From the NCBI GenBank assembly GCA_000182565.2, contig KQ257454.1: a stretch of DNA of 64,000 nt. One strand, 5' to 3'. This document shows, piece after piece, positions 15,179 through 30,360 of the stretch (positions are counted from its first letter, which is position 1; every line of letters begins with the position of its first letter). The translations under genes were made by a program, and so were the position numbers. Below the pieces are notes generated by a model that worked only from the letters and a program-made list of their open reading frames with translations, ran no database searches and was not told the origin of the DNA. Source of the DNA: Spizellomyces punctatus DAOM BR117. Its lineage: Eukaryota.

Positions 15179-16125
15179 TCATCTCGTAGGAGATAGATTG
15201 CGATTAAAACCCCGCCGTCGATTCATATACTGGCGATAAGTTCGCTGCTTGTTGATCGACACCGCGCTCACATCCGTCCCGGCAACCTTCTTTCCCTGTT
15301 CAAATAAGATTTAATAAATGAACTGAAAAAAACTTAACATTTTTAGCAAATGGCTGGCGCGCGCAGCCTAACTTACATGTGTGGAATCGAATCCAGTAAT
15401 TCCCATCAAGGCCATCATTTTTGCCTCCTCGTCCATGTCATCTGTCACTTGTGGGGTTTCATCGCGCTTAGATGAGGTACTGGTTCATACTTGATAAGCA
15501 AGCTTCATCAGAATGATCAACAGTGGAAAGGAGTACCTACGTTGGAGAAGGCGAGCGTGGTCGACGGCGATCTCTTTCCGAGCTACGAGAGGATTCGCGT
15601 CTTCTTGCTCTATCCCGTTCCCGTCTATCATCGTCGCGACCCATACTATCTTCCCGCCGTCTATGTCGACCATTATCATATTCCCTTCCTCGGCCATCAT
15701 CGCGACTCCTTCGGTAATCGCGGTCTCGCCCACGATCATAGCTGTCGTCTTATCACGACCAACGTTGGTACTAAATTTTCATTGGAAGAAGCAAGGAGAG
15801 TTGACCTACCTCGTCTTCGCGGAGAGCGTGATCTTCTGGGTGACCGAGAACGGGAGTGCCGCGATCGGTATCTGTCTCGTCGTTCACCGTCTCGTCGATC
15901 GCCTGGGTCTCGGCGCCTACCTCCATAACGATCCCGGTACCCTAATACCACACCCACGTCTGAGCAAGCGAACTTTGACTCTTTTTTATTAACATTTATC
16001 CCTGTTCACCTCTGTCTTGTTCTCGCGGGTCGTCTAGATCCTTGTACCTTCGCTCCCCTGCAAAATTTCGTTATGTCACGATAATGAGGTAATGAAACAG
16101 CTCAAAGACTACTAACCTTTCCCAT
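15179..16125 (-). CDS. SNRNP27: U4/U6.U5 tri-snRNP 27 kDa protein
   Basis: RS/RD-rich N-terminal exons, MMALMGITGFDST, C-terminal KQRTYRQYMNRRRGFNRNLS. Confidence 0.9.
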
Positions 16126-16347
16126 AATCTGATTCACGAGCTCTAGGATCATCCAGATCTCTATATTGGCCGGCAGAACGTGAAAAGTCAGCACTCATGT
16201 TGGGCAGAATTTCTAGTTTCCAGTCCTTTCGATGAGGACGAGCTCCCTGTCATCGCGTCTTGTTGCCATAGCAACATTAGACCTAGTGTCGGTCGGTGTT
16301 CAATTCTGCAGTGAAGACCAGCGAGATTCGCTCTAACTCCGATCACG

Positions 16348-18309
16348 ATGTCACTGTCGGCTACAAGGGAGCGTCGTGCAAACGCGGGTAACCGCATGCA
16401 CTCTCTTGTTCTCCAGCAACAGGATTCCCTTTTTGAGGAAGATGTGCTGGACGATGTTGAGGAATACATCGTAGAAGGTTGAGCCATTTGTTGTACAATC
16501 GTCCGTATGAAAGGTCATATTTAAACGCCCATGTATAGAACAGGAGGATGTGTTTGACGAGGACTTTGGCAGCACCGATGAGGAAGACGCTGTTGACGAG
16601 GAAGCTATTGTCCATGCCGAAGAGAAAGCTACGCGACAGGTGTGTCCTACGGAAGCCCTCGCGTTTGCCATTTCCTGACTATGCTCAATTTCTGCTACAT
16701 AATAAATGTACTAGAAAAGAAGAAAAGTAGTCACAAGCATAAGTACTCGCTCCAAGAGAAGCGCGGGGGAAACACTGCGGACTGTGTCCTCAAGTTTGCA
16801 AACAAGTTCGAATGCAGCACAAAGTCCCGCAACCCCTAGCCGAGAAACGAGAGAAAAGAAGAGAAGCGCAAGAGGTTAGGCTCCCTTAATGCCAAACTCC
16901 GCATTATCCTTGATTCAGTATGACATCCCAACCTTCTCATTGTCGGCTGTCCGATTTGCTTCAGAAGTATTGCAAACGCCGTTGCTTCGTTCCGTACGAC
17001 AGTCGAACCGGTCCTCAACGGTCGCATCAAAACGCCAGTTACAACAAAAACTTCTAGAAGACCAAAAACGTAGAGCTCTCCTCCCACAGCGCCCGCGAAT
17101 GGTTGATGTTGAGATGACCCAGCAGGAGAAGCTGGCGGAGGCGAAGGAAACGGAACGCCTAAATTTGGCTAGTTTACAAAACATAATTCAGATGGAAGAG
17201 GAGAATCGTCGAAAACGGGCGCAGACGGTGGCCGAACGGGTTGGCCCTGTGATACGATTCCGATCCTTTCGAGTGAAGCTTGTGGAAGAGGTTAGTAGCG
17301 AGGCCAAAGAGTGTGCTACCTCGTCTACTGGGACGAAAGATAGTTACGAAAGAGAAGGCGACTCTCTGGATGTCACTGGTGTACATATAACCGACGATAA
17401 TCTTCGGGGACTGGAGGACAACTCTGACCGTGAGCAACTGCCACAGCATACAAGAATGGACGTCGGTGAAGGACCAAAACAGCCTTTAGAGCGCTTTGGA
17501 GCCTGCAACTTGATGATTTTCGAGCGATTCGACCATGACCCATTCGAAGCCTGGGCCGATAGACCACAATGTACGGACAATACATGTCTCAAAGTTATGT
17601 CACTTGCGATTGAATCTCTTAGCTTTCCCTACTAGATCCTGTCAAAGCAACCTGCCCCTTTACTGGCCTGCCAGCTCGTTACCGAGATCCTAGGACGTCA
17701 ATACCATATGCAACAAAGGGAGCGTACAAAACTCTGCAACGCGTGTTAAACCAGGAATATGCCTGGAGTCCGGTGTTACGTGCTTATATGCACGCCTTCA
17801 ATGCAAAGGTTCCACAAACGGTTCCCAATAAATGGTTTGAATCGACTCTGGGAGTAGCTGTAGAGCGAGAAGAAAAACCCAAACCCAAGAAGCCTCCAGC
17901 GAAACCAGATCAGGGACATGGAACGGACAGCGTATTCCCGCACAATCAGGTTTCCCGTCCCAGCCCAGCCCTTGGTGTCATGTCGGGCACCCAGATACCG
18001 GTCTTCAACCCAGTAATGAGCCTCACGCCGGGTATTCCGGCCCCTGGCCTCATCCCAGCGACTGATCACTTCCGGAGGACGCAATTATCTGAGCTGAGCC
18101 CCGCGGCTCCCCCCGTACCGGTGACTCAGCCCAGCCCAGCAACTGGTCTAACATCGGACACTCATTTAGCAAAGCCTAGCCCAGTGATTGTTTTGACGAG
18201 TGAGGAGCCGACTAAAGGGCCCGCGTACAATGCAGCTGTAGGTCAACCTAAGCCATATGACTCTGACAGCGGAGTAGGTGATGCGGAGGTGATCAACGTC
18301 GATGTATGA
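16348..18309 (+). CDS. VPS72: Vps72/YL1 (SWR1 complex H2A.Z chaperone)
   Basis: RERRANAGNRM, acidic tract, MTQQEKLAEAKETERLNLASL, YL1_C CPFTGLPARYRDPRTSIPYA. Confidence 0.9.
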
Positions 18310-18509
18310 ACTCTCGATACCCTTTTCCTGTACATAATTTTTATTGGCCATGAGGGTTCTCGCGCCTGCCATATACAATAGATATTCAATCAACTTCAGG
18401 TTGATTCCACAAGCAGTTTGAGACCATTATGTTAAGCGGACCCGTAACTATTGTTCAAATCATGTACAACAAATTCCACCCACTAAACGCAAAAGATGAA
18501 TAACTAATC

Positions 18510-19059
18510 GCTTACAGTTTCGTCCGATGCCACCTACCACATCCCAGCCCGTACACCCCATCAATTATTCAACGCACAAAGCAGTGTGATATTGTCTCCC
18601 TTCAGCAATATCCGCCCCAAAGGCTTCCTTGTCGCCTTCTTCAATGACACCTCCTCCGCATCATCCAACACCAAATTCATAAATTCGTCGAAACCCTGTA
18701 GTAAGTGTTGTCAGACATGATGAACATATATAAATAACGCCAAATATTAGAAGCATACGATAATCTGTCCTTCAATGCGCAGATCCGTTTGGTCGTAAAG
18801 CCAGATTTGTGCCCGCGATTTCTAAGATCAGCCAAAAACAGAGAATGTAGAGTGAGCAAAATTATTTAACGAGAAGTACTAGTTCCCAACACTCTGGTCC
18901 TCTCTACATATTCTGCCTCGACATTCCTTGCCCGCAGTGCGACTTTGAAACTATCTCTCCTCAACCGCCAACAAACTACAAATGCTAACGAACCTGTTGT
19001 AGCAGCCGAAAGATCAGGTTGATGGGTGCAACCATGATCTTTTGTACTTTTGTGGTCAT
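18510..19059 (-). CDS. SME1: Small nuclear ribonucleoprotein Sm E (3' end approximate)
   Basis: [18 protein letters not shown] / [16 protein letters not shown] / [28 protein letters not shown]. Confidence 0.95.
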
Positions 19060-19396
19060 CTTTGCAAATTTCAACGGGCAATCGAGTGAGGTGAGGTGAG
19101 GTGTAAGGGCCCGCTACAGGATTTGAGGTTATCAAGGGTAATGGAGGACTGTAGATGCAAAGCAACAAGGCAAGTCTCAGATTGGGCAATGGGTTGTGCC
19201 CACTACCTAGTTGCCATGACAGCAACGAGATCAGGTGCTTTACGCGGGGTAGTCGTCCGGCTTCCTGGACTTTTGGCGTTGATGACAAGCCGCGCGCTCA
19301 ACCTCAACGTTGACGTTTGTGAAGCTGGCTGGCACTCCAGACGTTAGGCTGAATCACGAATAACATTGACTTTTTATCTGTGCACCGTCGTTCAGT

Positions 19397-20538
19397 ATGT
19401 CGGGCTTCCTCTACGCCCCGGACCCTGGGGTCGCCAGCTTATCCAGGGGCATCGCTCGGATGTCCCTTGCACCAAACTCCCTACCACCACCGTCCGTCAA
19501 CCTTGATACCGACCATCAGCTATCTGAGCTCACCACGCGATGCGCCTCGTTTTTAAAGAGATTTGACGCGTGGGTTCTGGCAAAGAAGAAGGAAATGAGC
19601 GATGAAAAATTGGCGCACATAAAAATAATAGACGAACTCAAAGGTATTTGACGGTCAGGAGAGAGAAAGTGCCGACTTGGTGCTAGCCGCGATGTTATCT
19701 ACATTGCTCACATCTTGTGTGTTTTTTGCGGCATATCAGAAAAGGAATCCCAAACAAAAACTCAAATCGAAGTCTACAAAGGCAAAGAATCAGATCTGCA
19801 ACGAGGTGCGTTTGATCTGTATGTATCTACCATGAGCTAGTATTGACAAGGCCAATCCAGCATACGAAAAGGAGCGGCAGGAAGCGGAAGACATGGAAGC
19901 TGAAGTTACGGACCTCCGAATACAAAAAGATGAGCGGGACGCTACGCGAGATGAGTTGATGGACCGCGTGCAAGCCATGAAAAACGACATTCGACGGAGG
20001 CGAGAAGGTGCAGTGCTGTGGTGAAGGTGAAGCTGAAGTGTTTGGGATTGCTCGTGAGCCTGACCTCATACCGTCGCGACAGAGCTGAACAAAAAGCGAG
20101 AAGCACGATTAAATCAGCACAAAAGAATTCAGCCTGAATTAGAATGCTTTATGAACAAACTGGCGATGGATGTGAGGGGGCTTCAAAGTATGGAAACCTT
20201 ATTTCTCCGCCTTTATGTCATGCTGGAGCACTTACGTTGTATCTGTCGTAGCGGACATGTTGAAGTTTGTCTTTACCCATGTACATCCGCAAGACTGGGA
20301 GAAAGAGTACACCTTTAGCATTGATGTGCGAAGAAACGATTACCAAGGTGCGTGTACAAACAGTTGTTCTGTGCTTTCGAAACCTGTACGTAACTGTCTA
20401 TCCGTAGTTGTGGAATGTAACCCGGCTGTGTCCAATCTCGACGAGTTGGTGGAATGGTTGAACAAGACTCGAGATTTCTACACGTTTCTAAAGATGATGC
20501 GACGAAGTTTCGTTGAGCTCGCAAAGATCCATCAGTGA
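19397..20538 (+). CDS. SPC25: Ndc80 complex kinetochore subunit Spc25
   Basis: Long coiled coil then RWD-like LKFVFTHVHPQDWEKEYTFSIDV..Y.VVECNP..L..LN.TRDFYTFLKMMRRSF. Confidence 0.85.
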
Positions 20539-20671
20539 TGACGATGACCCGGTTAACCAAGTTCACGGGGAGGGGAGCCATCCGCGTTAAGTGGACTGCA
20601 TACAAAATCAACGGATGTTACATGTCGAGTATGTTCATTTCTAAAAATATATAGTACATAATATAACTACA

Positions 20672-20688
20672 GGGGGGGGGGGGGGGGG
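20672..20688 (+). repeat. G17 homopolymer between convergent SPC25 and SIVA-like 3' ends
   Basis: Read directly; followed by CCGGGG. Confidence 0.9.
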
Positions 20689-20764
20689 CCGGGGCAAGCA
20701 TTCTCCCTCTCAATTGCTCATCTACCAACTGTTCATGCTCTCTGTAGGTGAGGTACATAATGTG

Positions 20765-21421
20765 TCATCTCCTATGTTTGCTTGAAGATCCAACAGTTGA
20801 TCCTCGGCCATCTTCGCTGCATGATATGCAAAAATATCGCTCTTCTGGCAGATCATAGCTTATGAAAAATGGCGTAACTACGCTAGAGCGATGTGATTGA
20901 ATACCACTAGTGTATACTTACTTTGCCACTGAGCACAAACTGCAAAACAGATCTCCACAGGTATCGCATGCACGTCCGCAATCTTGACACGTCGCGTGCT
21001 CGCAAAATGTACATCGTTCGGCTGTTTGCTTCTTGCATTGCTGACACGGGCCTACGGTGGGTTGTTCTCTTGCGGGACTTGCGGCAGATGTTTTCTGTTG
21101 GAATATCTGCCGTTGTCCTCGTGCAAGCAACTTGCGCGTTTTATCTGCCAAGACGTACATATGAAGATGAATGACGTTATCACGTCTGCAGACCAATGTG
21201 CGCAACACTTGAAAACCTTTTCCGCCGACCAGCTACGAAGCATAAAAAGAAGCGGGCTTACCATGCACTGCATTCCAGTTCACGTCCGCGCGGTGGTATT
21301 TCAGCATACTGGCACAGTTCTCTTCAAAAGGGTTGAGACGTTTTCCTTTACCCTTGATTGATTTGATGTCCCCATCTTGCTCGGAACGTGGAGCTGCCAC
21401 TTCAACGACCGCTGTCAACAT
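20765..21421 (-). CDS. SIVA1-like Cys-rich zinc-finger protein (exons 21421-21262, 21144-20922, 20858-20765; 158 aa)
   Basis: Spliced in frame by GT-AG introns; KRLNPF..., VHDKTRKLLARG and six CxxC pairs ending ERYFCISC, matching the layout of animal SIVA1 as recalled. Confidence 0.75.
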
Positions 21422-21638
21422 GGAGAGTGTCAAGCGTGAACGTTGGGGCAAAAAGGTCCGCCAAGACAAAAGTCCGCGCGTTTGCACATTCCATCCATTT
21501 GAATGACATTCCAATCTCACGTGCCTTCGGTCTGATGAATTCCCCGCTTATTGTCTCACGTGGCCTCCGAGTTGGTCCTCCAACGCATCTTTAAATCCCG
21601 TCCCCGCTCCCCGATTTCCGCAGCATTTCCTACCTTGA

Positions 21639-22943
<1,305 letters not shown>

Positions 22944-23112
22944 ATTTTACGGGCAACATGAGTAGCAGGAAATCCATCATTATCTAAGAGGTAGCATTAC
23001 ATGATAGATTAGCCGACTTAAAACCTTAAATAGTATATTCCAAGAGCCTCTTGCATGATAGTAGGAGATATGGATCTATATATACATACTGGCATTGAGA
23101 CTACTTTTCGTC

Positions 23113-24399
<1,287 letters not shown>

Positions 24400-24585
24400 T
24401 GTTGGAAATTGCAATTTCAAGCAAGCCAAAGTAAGAACTCTGGTTTGAGGGCATAGCATGCTTGTTGCTATGGATACGGACTAAGCCTTCTCGAGAGTGT
24501 CCAACGCCAGCATGTCGTGCCAAACTCATTTGCGGGTCAAACATTGGCATTTTCGTAGCTATTTTGCCAGCACAAAGGGCCTAAA

Positions 24586-25471
24586 ATGACATCGAAAGCC
24601 CTGTGGACATTCAATCTAACTGGTTCGGATACAGTCGCGTAAGTCGCTTGAACGTTGGTGCGCGGGGCATTTGAGACTTGCTAAACGAGTTTCCACACAT
24701 CTTCGTCACAGGCGAGGGAACTCGCGAAATACAAAACTTGACCCACCAGGATTTGCGGAGGCTGTGGCGAATGATGGTGCGAGGATTTCGGTATGTAAGG
24801 GATAGACTATCACGATTGCGAACAGCATGTATGGCTGCACACAAGGCCGTACTTACCGAGCGATGGCAGAGACGAGGAAGCCAAGACGATCAGCAAGAGA
24901 AAGAAGTACAAATTGCCAACCTCAAGATGAAGGTAGTTCTCATGCTGCGACTGCAAAAACTGGCGTGTTTGTTCATATGATGCCCGTCAACGACAGAAAG
25001 CATGGGACGCAGCACTGGCACCTGGGAAGTCAATTCCGATGAACGCCATAATGCTGTACATGTCAGGAAACAGCATACAAATTTTCAGCGTGCTGGTCAC
25101 TGTTATGTTGCTGTGGAACTCGATAAAAGCAATAATGGGTGTCAACACTGGTAAGAATCAGTCCCTATACCGGAAGAACCAATTCATTAGAAACCAACCT
25201 GTTGATTCCAGTTTTCGACCGATTTTCTACAAAATCAACGGAGACACGACCACGGGGAATTGCGGCATTGCTAGCACTTTCTAGTGACCCGTTGCTTCTA
25301 CCAAAGCTTGCCTATATCGTCCTTCAGTTTGGCTGTCTTGCGCTAGGTGTATGGAAATGTGGGGCAATGGGGTTACTACCAACTGCCCACTCCGATTGGC
25401 TAGCGTTTATGGAACCAAAGAAGATTCTGGAGTATGGTGTAGGAGGAAGCCTAGAGTCGCACACGTCATAA
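24586..25471 (+). CDS. EMC4: ER membrane protein complex subunit 4
   Basis: DPPGF, KAWDAALAPGKSIPMNAIMLYMSGNSIQIFS, KCGAMGLLPTAHSDWLAF. Confidence 0.92.
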
Positions 25472-25564
25472 ATCCTTTGTGCAGTTCTCTTGAGATTACA
25501 GATTGGCCTTTACAGAACACATCTAACATCTATTGAAAATGGGTCCGTTTCCAAATGTACATGT

Positions 25565-26210
25565 CTACTGAGTATTCTCTGATTGTCCCGTTACTTCCCA
25601 GAAATCTTCCTTGACCTCACCGCGGCAGCCAGCCACCGTACAAGAATGGGGTGCCTGGTTTGGCGCATAATTTGGCTTCTGCAGTAAACGTAGAGATGTA
25701 TCTGGGTCTACAAATTCCACACCTTGCTGCAGGAGGTAGTTCATATGCTTTTGTGATCTGATGTGGTTCTTGTAAGAGCGTGCGCCTAGTGGACTTTCGG
25801 TTTTCTACAACTGGAGGGTCAGCTTGACGGACAGGGAGAACGGTACAATAACTAAAACATTACCAAGTATCTACCACCACACTCGCAGATCTTGTAGTCA
25901 GTGTCCGCATTTTCGCACTTGAAGACCCACGTGCCCCGTAATGTGCCAGAATCTCTAGGCATAGGGAACAGAGAAGACAAACTCCTCCCCAAGTATCGCC
26001 AGTGGATGGTGAGGAAAGGAAGGCAGGAGAGGTGTGCAGGTGCCGCGAGACACCTAGATCCGTCGCAATCAATCGGCCGCTTTCGGCACCCGCACTTGAG
26101 AAGCTGCGCTACTTTGAGATAACCAGCAACCGGTATCCCTAAAACGCGCGACTATCAAGAGAACTACTTTTCCAACGGGTTTTGATGAAGGAAATGTCCA
26201 TCTCAGTCGA
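25565..26210 (-). CDS. Hypothetical small Cys/His-rich protein (possible zinc finger), multi-exon; 5' end uncertain
   Basis: Exon-like blocks WVFKCENADTDYKICECGGRY and RSYKNHIRSQKH...HSCTVAGC flanked by GT/AG sites. Confidence 0.4.
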
Positions 26211-26503
26211 GGAGCTGCGGGGAACTCGTTGATGACGCATCCGGTTCCAACCACTGCTGCGATGAGGTGTCGCATGCCAGAACGCGCGGGTCGTTTGTCT
26301 TCTCCAACCCATCCACTTTAAAGGAAAACTCGACCTTTGAAGCAAGTCGAATTATCAAGAATATCAAGGACGCAACACTCCAAATCCTTTTGGGTGAGAT
26401 GGCTCTTATGCTATAGGACGCGAGTATCTAGGTCACATGTGGTGAATTAACCAGAACGGGGTTTCTCCTAGTGCCTTTTTGAGCAAGAAGAGTTACAAGC
26501 ATC

Positions 26504-27231
26504 ATGGCAAGTTGTTCATTGACATTGTCATTGTTAGTGCTCGCCTAACTGGATTGTTGGAGCTTACTTGTTTTCATCTGAATATAGTCCTTTGATAATG
26601 GTCTTCGCATGTTGCCACCCGTGAGTCAGGGATCTGTTTCGCAAACAAAAGAAGTTGGTCGCAATACGGCATACGGTGTCCACGACACATTGAGAGAAGG
26701 GTTCCGAACTGTGCGGAGTGAGATTATTCCAAAGCACCCTGTCGAGAATATTGACTCGCAGGTAAGGGCTTCTGGATAACGAAGGCGGATATTGCTGGAG
26801 GCTACAGGCTGTTGATTCGTGTTGTGTTTTAGTGGCAGGAGACCCAAGAGCAGCTTCGTATGACTATGCACCGAAGGGCATTTGGACTACACGCACCTCT
26901 CCGTCTGCAAATGGAAAAGGTGTTGGTATCTCAGGTATGCCGCCGCGGAATGCACTTACATGTTGTTGACATATATGTCTCATGGATGTTGGCCATAACA
27001 GCCGAGACGCATTCCCGTGCTTCCTGTATCGAATCTAGGTCTGGAAATTCTGGAGGGGAGGGATCAAACAATTGATTATGAGGATTTCCTTGGAGGTAGG
27101 TTTGGCTCACTTGCGATCTACTTTGGACCCAGTTAATGGAATGTGCAATTTTGCTAGATCCTCATCTCTCGACGGATATGATGGATCCTCACACTGCTAT
27201 GGAGCGTGTGCTTGGTCTCGGGCCTTTGTAA
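26504..27231 (+). CDS. UMP1: Proteasome maturation factor Ump1/POMP
   Basis: GVHDTLREG, HPVE, RRAFGLHAPLRLQME, LGLEILEGRDQTIDYEDFL, HTAMERVLGL*. Confidence 0.9.
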
Positions 27232-27384
27232 GATGGGTCGTATCAAATGTTGTGTGTGTCAAATAGAGAATCCGCTCAAAACAGCATTGCAGACAGCCTT
27301 TTGCGTCGGTGGTGCTTTAGGAACGTGGATGTTATGCAGATGATCCTTGGAACTGCAGGTTGAAATCTCCTCTCACCCGCCCCT

Positions 27385-27996
27385 TCACAGTTCGAGTTTC
27401 TTTATTGCGCCATTAAGTTGCAGCCAATGTCTGTTATAGTACAAGAGACATCCAAGCAAACTAATCGATGCATAGCTCAGTTTGGCCTGAATCACAAAGT
27501 ATATCCACAAAATCGCTAATCCAGGCGTCTTCAACATGGCCCCAAATGTTTGATCGTCCTGTGAGAGATGTATCAAAGCGCACCCACTCGCCAGACTCCC
27601 CAGCATAAACACTGCCTGTGCCGCTCGCGATTCTTTATATCTCGTCGTAATGTATATAAACAGTGCCAGCACTGGCGCCAGTGGTACCTGGCGACTGAGG
27701 ATGCGGGACCACGTAAACTCTTGAAGAAAGTCGTATTGGAGGTGGACAACGTACTCAAGCGTACCGTGTAGCACCGTGAGAGGTATAGTAAGGAGCAAAG
27801 CTACCAACACTGTGGGCTCCTCTTCTTGTTTGGAACCGGACCTTTGCTCCTTTGTGTCTTCCGCTTTGATTTGGTGAAGAACACCAGACTCGTTTATAAT
27901 CCGCCATTGCTCTTCCTGAGAAAGGTTGACGAGTGGTGGGTTGTCTGATACTTGGTCTGGGCCTTTCTTTTTGGGTTTAACCTGCTTTTTGGCCAT
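27385..27996 (-). CDS. Conserved-looking multi-pass membrane protein, intronless
   Basis: 203-aa ORF; LSQEEQWRIINESGVL followed by about 5 hydrophobic segments and KTPGLAILWIY. Confidence 0.75.
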   Translation of the reverse strand: MAKKQVKPKKKGPDQVSDNPPLVNLSQEEQWRIINESGVLHQIKAEDTKEQRSGSKQEEEPTVLVALLLTIPLTVLHGTLEYVVHLQYDFLQEFTWSRILSRQVPLAPVLALFIYITTRYKESRAAQAVFMLGSLASGCALIHLSQDDQTFGAMLKTPGLAILWIYFVIQAKLSYASISLLGCLLYYNRHWLQLNGAIKKLEL

Positions 27997-30360
27997 TACT
28001 AGTCTTCAAGATGTCTCCACAAGGCAACAAGCAGACTGCCATCTATCCAATACGTGTGGCGCATGCAAATTCGCTTACGTTGCTCGAGCTGTCTGCTGGT
28101 CAGATCTTCTTTGCCGATATGATATTTACAATGGTTTAGGAAAGGACACATTTTGTGCCCATTCTACAATACAACCTAGCGAATTCGTTGCATGCGACGG
28201 AGCTCTTGACACGACACTGTGACCCAATTCTTAAAAAAATGACATGAAAAGCCTCGCCTCGTCCGCTACTGGCAGCTATCTGGATAGTACATGTTACTGT
28301 CAAATCATTGGCGGGATGCCCTTTGGAGGATCAACTCCTACTCCTGTCTACCAAGCGTCAAGAGTATTTCACGCCTGTCGCTCCTGCTCCCCATCCCAGC
28401 TGCGTTCGCGGCGTTAAGTGACTGACAAGATTGGAATGAGATCCGTCAATCGAAACAGAGTAGCTGATCTTGCAGGATATAGGACTCTACTTTGAATGGG
28501 GAGGTCAGTATCCCCGAAGAAAACATGAGCCTACGACAGTAGACCCGGAAAATGCATTATCAGCGCGACATTTGTTAATCCTCGTGTTTGCCGAATGAAT
28601 CACTAGGGAAGACCTCTATCTACTGTCAATGGTAGTCATAAGTGGGTCTATAGAAGCAAGTTAACCCACTGCTCCATGAGGATCGCCGGTCCCAAACCTG
28701 CTTAATTGGCAGTGCCATCAGTACCGCAGAATACATTCGACCACTAACGTCACCGTGGACAGCGTCAACTCAAATCCACCTGCTGCACCTTTGACCCTGT
28801 ACAAAATATAGATGAGATGATTAGCTCTAACTTGCTATGCCTGCAACTGCCTGGTATTTTCTCTTTTAATATTAACACACGCTGAACTCTTGGAAACACC
28901 TTTGATTCATGGGGATGCACACATTTTGGTTTTGCGGGCTGTCAAGCGACAGACGCCGTCACTGCGTTCCTCGCCTTTGAAACTGTAACAGACATTGTGA
29001 ATAACATGTATCTAATCAACAAAATGAAACCGTTCACACCCCGACGACCTTCCCTTGTGTGCTGCGTAAGGCTCGTTAAAAAAGCTCTTAAAGGCCAGCT
29101 TTGACGATCGGTGCTCTTTACCTGATCTAGAAATGCATCCCATGTTTTAGGGCTCTTTTCTAGCACTGGTGTTTGCGAAAGCTGGCTTACCAATATAGAC
29201 AAAAGCCAACAACATTTTTGAATGACTCTGATCTTGCTTTGATTCCTCTTCTTCAGAAGATTGGGCACCAGCCCCCTATTGATTTCCTAAATGCGATTTA
29301 GAAGCTCGGTACCGGGATGATGTCATTAGGCACCGCCCTCCTTTAATCCGGTACAAGTCTCTCTTCGTTGAATCTTTGCCTTGTTCTTCCTGAGTTGACA
29401 TTGTCATTTGTATTGTTTCTTTTTAGGACGTAAGACGTTTCTTTCCCTTAGCCAAACCCAAGCAGTGCGCCGCTAATCAAGCAGAGTGGAGACAATTCTA
29501 ATGTCCCATCATCAGCCGCAGTAATCATCACATTGATGGTGTGTAGCAAGATATTAGGTAACGTTCTAACTGTATTCAATCCGGGGAATGCCCGGCAGAC
29601 ATACAGAAGGGCCACAAGGTAAAGGGTCGTCTGATGAACACTTTGAAGGAAAGCAAAGGAATTAAGGGAAAACTTGAAGGAAATTGAGATACAGAAGACA
29701 GCGGTTCTGTCGACGAGGACAATGGCTCTAGTGCTGCCAAAGGCGGGAAATCGTAAATGTACATTGTCCGTTGATACAGAATACATTGGTGTGTTCATAT
29801 AGGTGCGCATAATTCACGAATGAGATCCTCTGGAAAACAAAACAATCCGACATTTCCACAGTCAACCAACACCGCAACCGTTGCTACCAATAGCTAGCTG
29901 CGACAGTATCCTCTCACCGGGAGCCCTCCATTGGACACGTCCCCCCATATCTTTCATTCGCCATGTCCTCCCTATCTGACCGACCTCATTTTCCTATCTA
30001 CTTGGCAGTCATAAAGATGCCTCCTACAAGAAGCACGGTTTTTTCAATTGCACGTCCATGGGTGTGATCATAACACTGGTAAGATCAAGATTCAGGACAG
30101 GTACTGGCGTGGTCCATATAATCTGCGAGAGGACGTTGCCTTGATGCATGATTGTTGATACCCATTTTACGGACAACTGAACTTTATTCACTTATACAGG
30201 TGAGACAACTTATACAGATGAGACAAATATTTCTGCTGACACTATATACATATGCACTTGGCATGCCACTCTTGCAGTGGAATACAAACAGCCCAGTCGC
30301 AGTGTGTGACTTTTTACGGAGAACTCGTGCTGGAGTTTAGCCGGGGCCGAGCTGGGGAGC

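Noticed and set aside
15485-15992. Long + strand ORFs overlapping SNRNP27
   Set aside because: Antisense shadows of RS/RD low-complexity coding sequence
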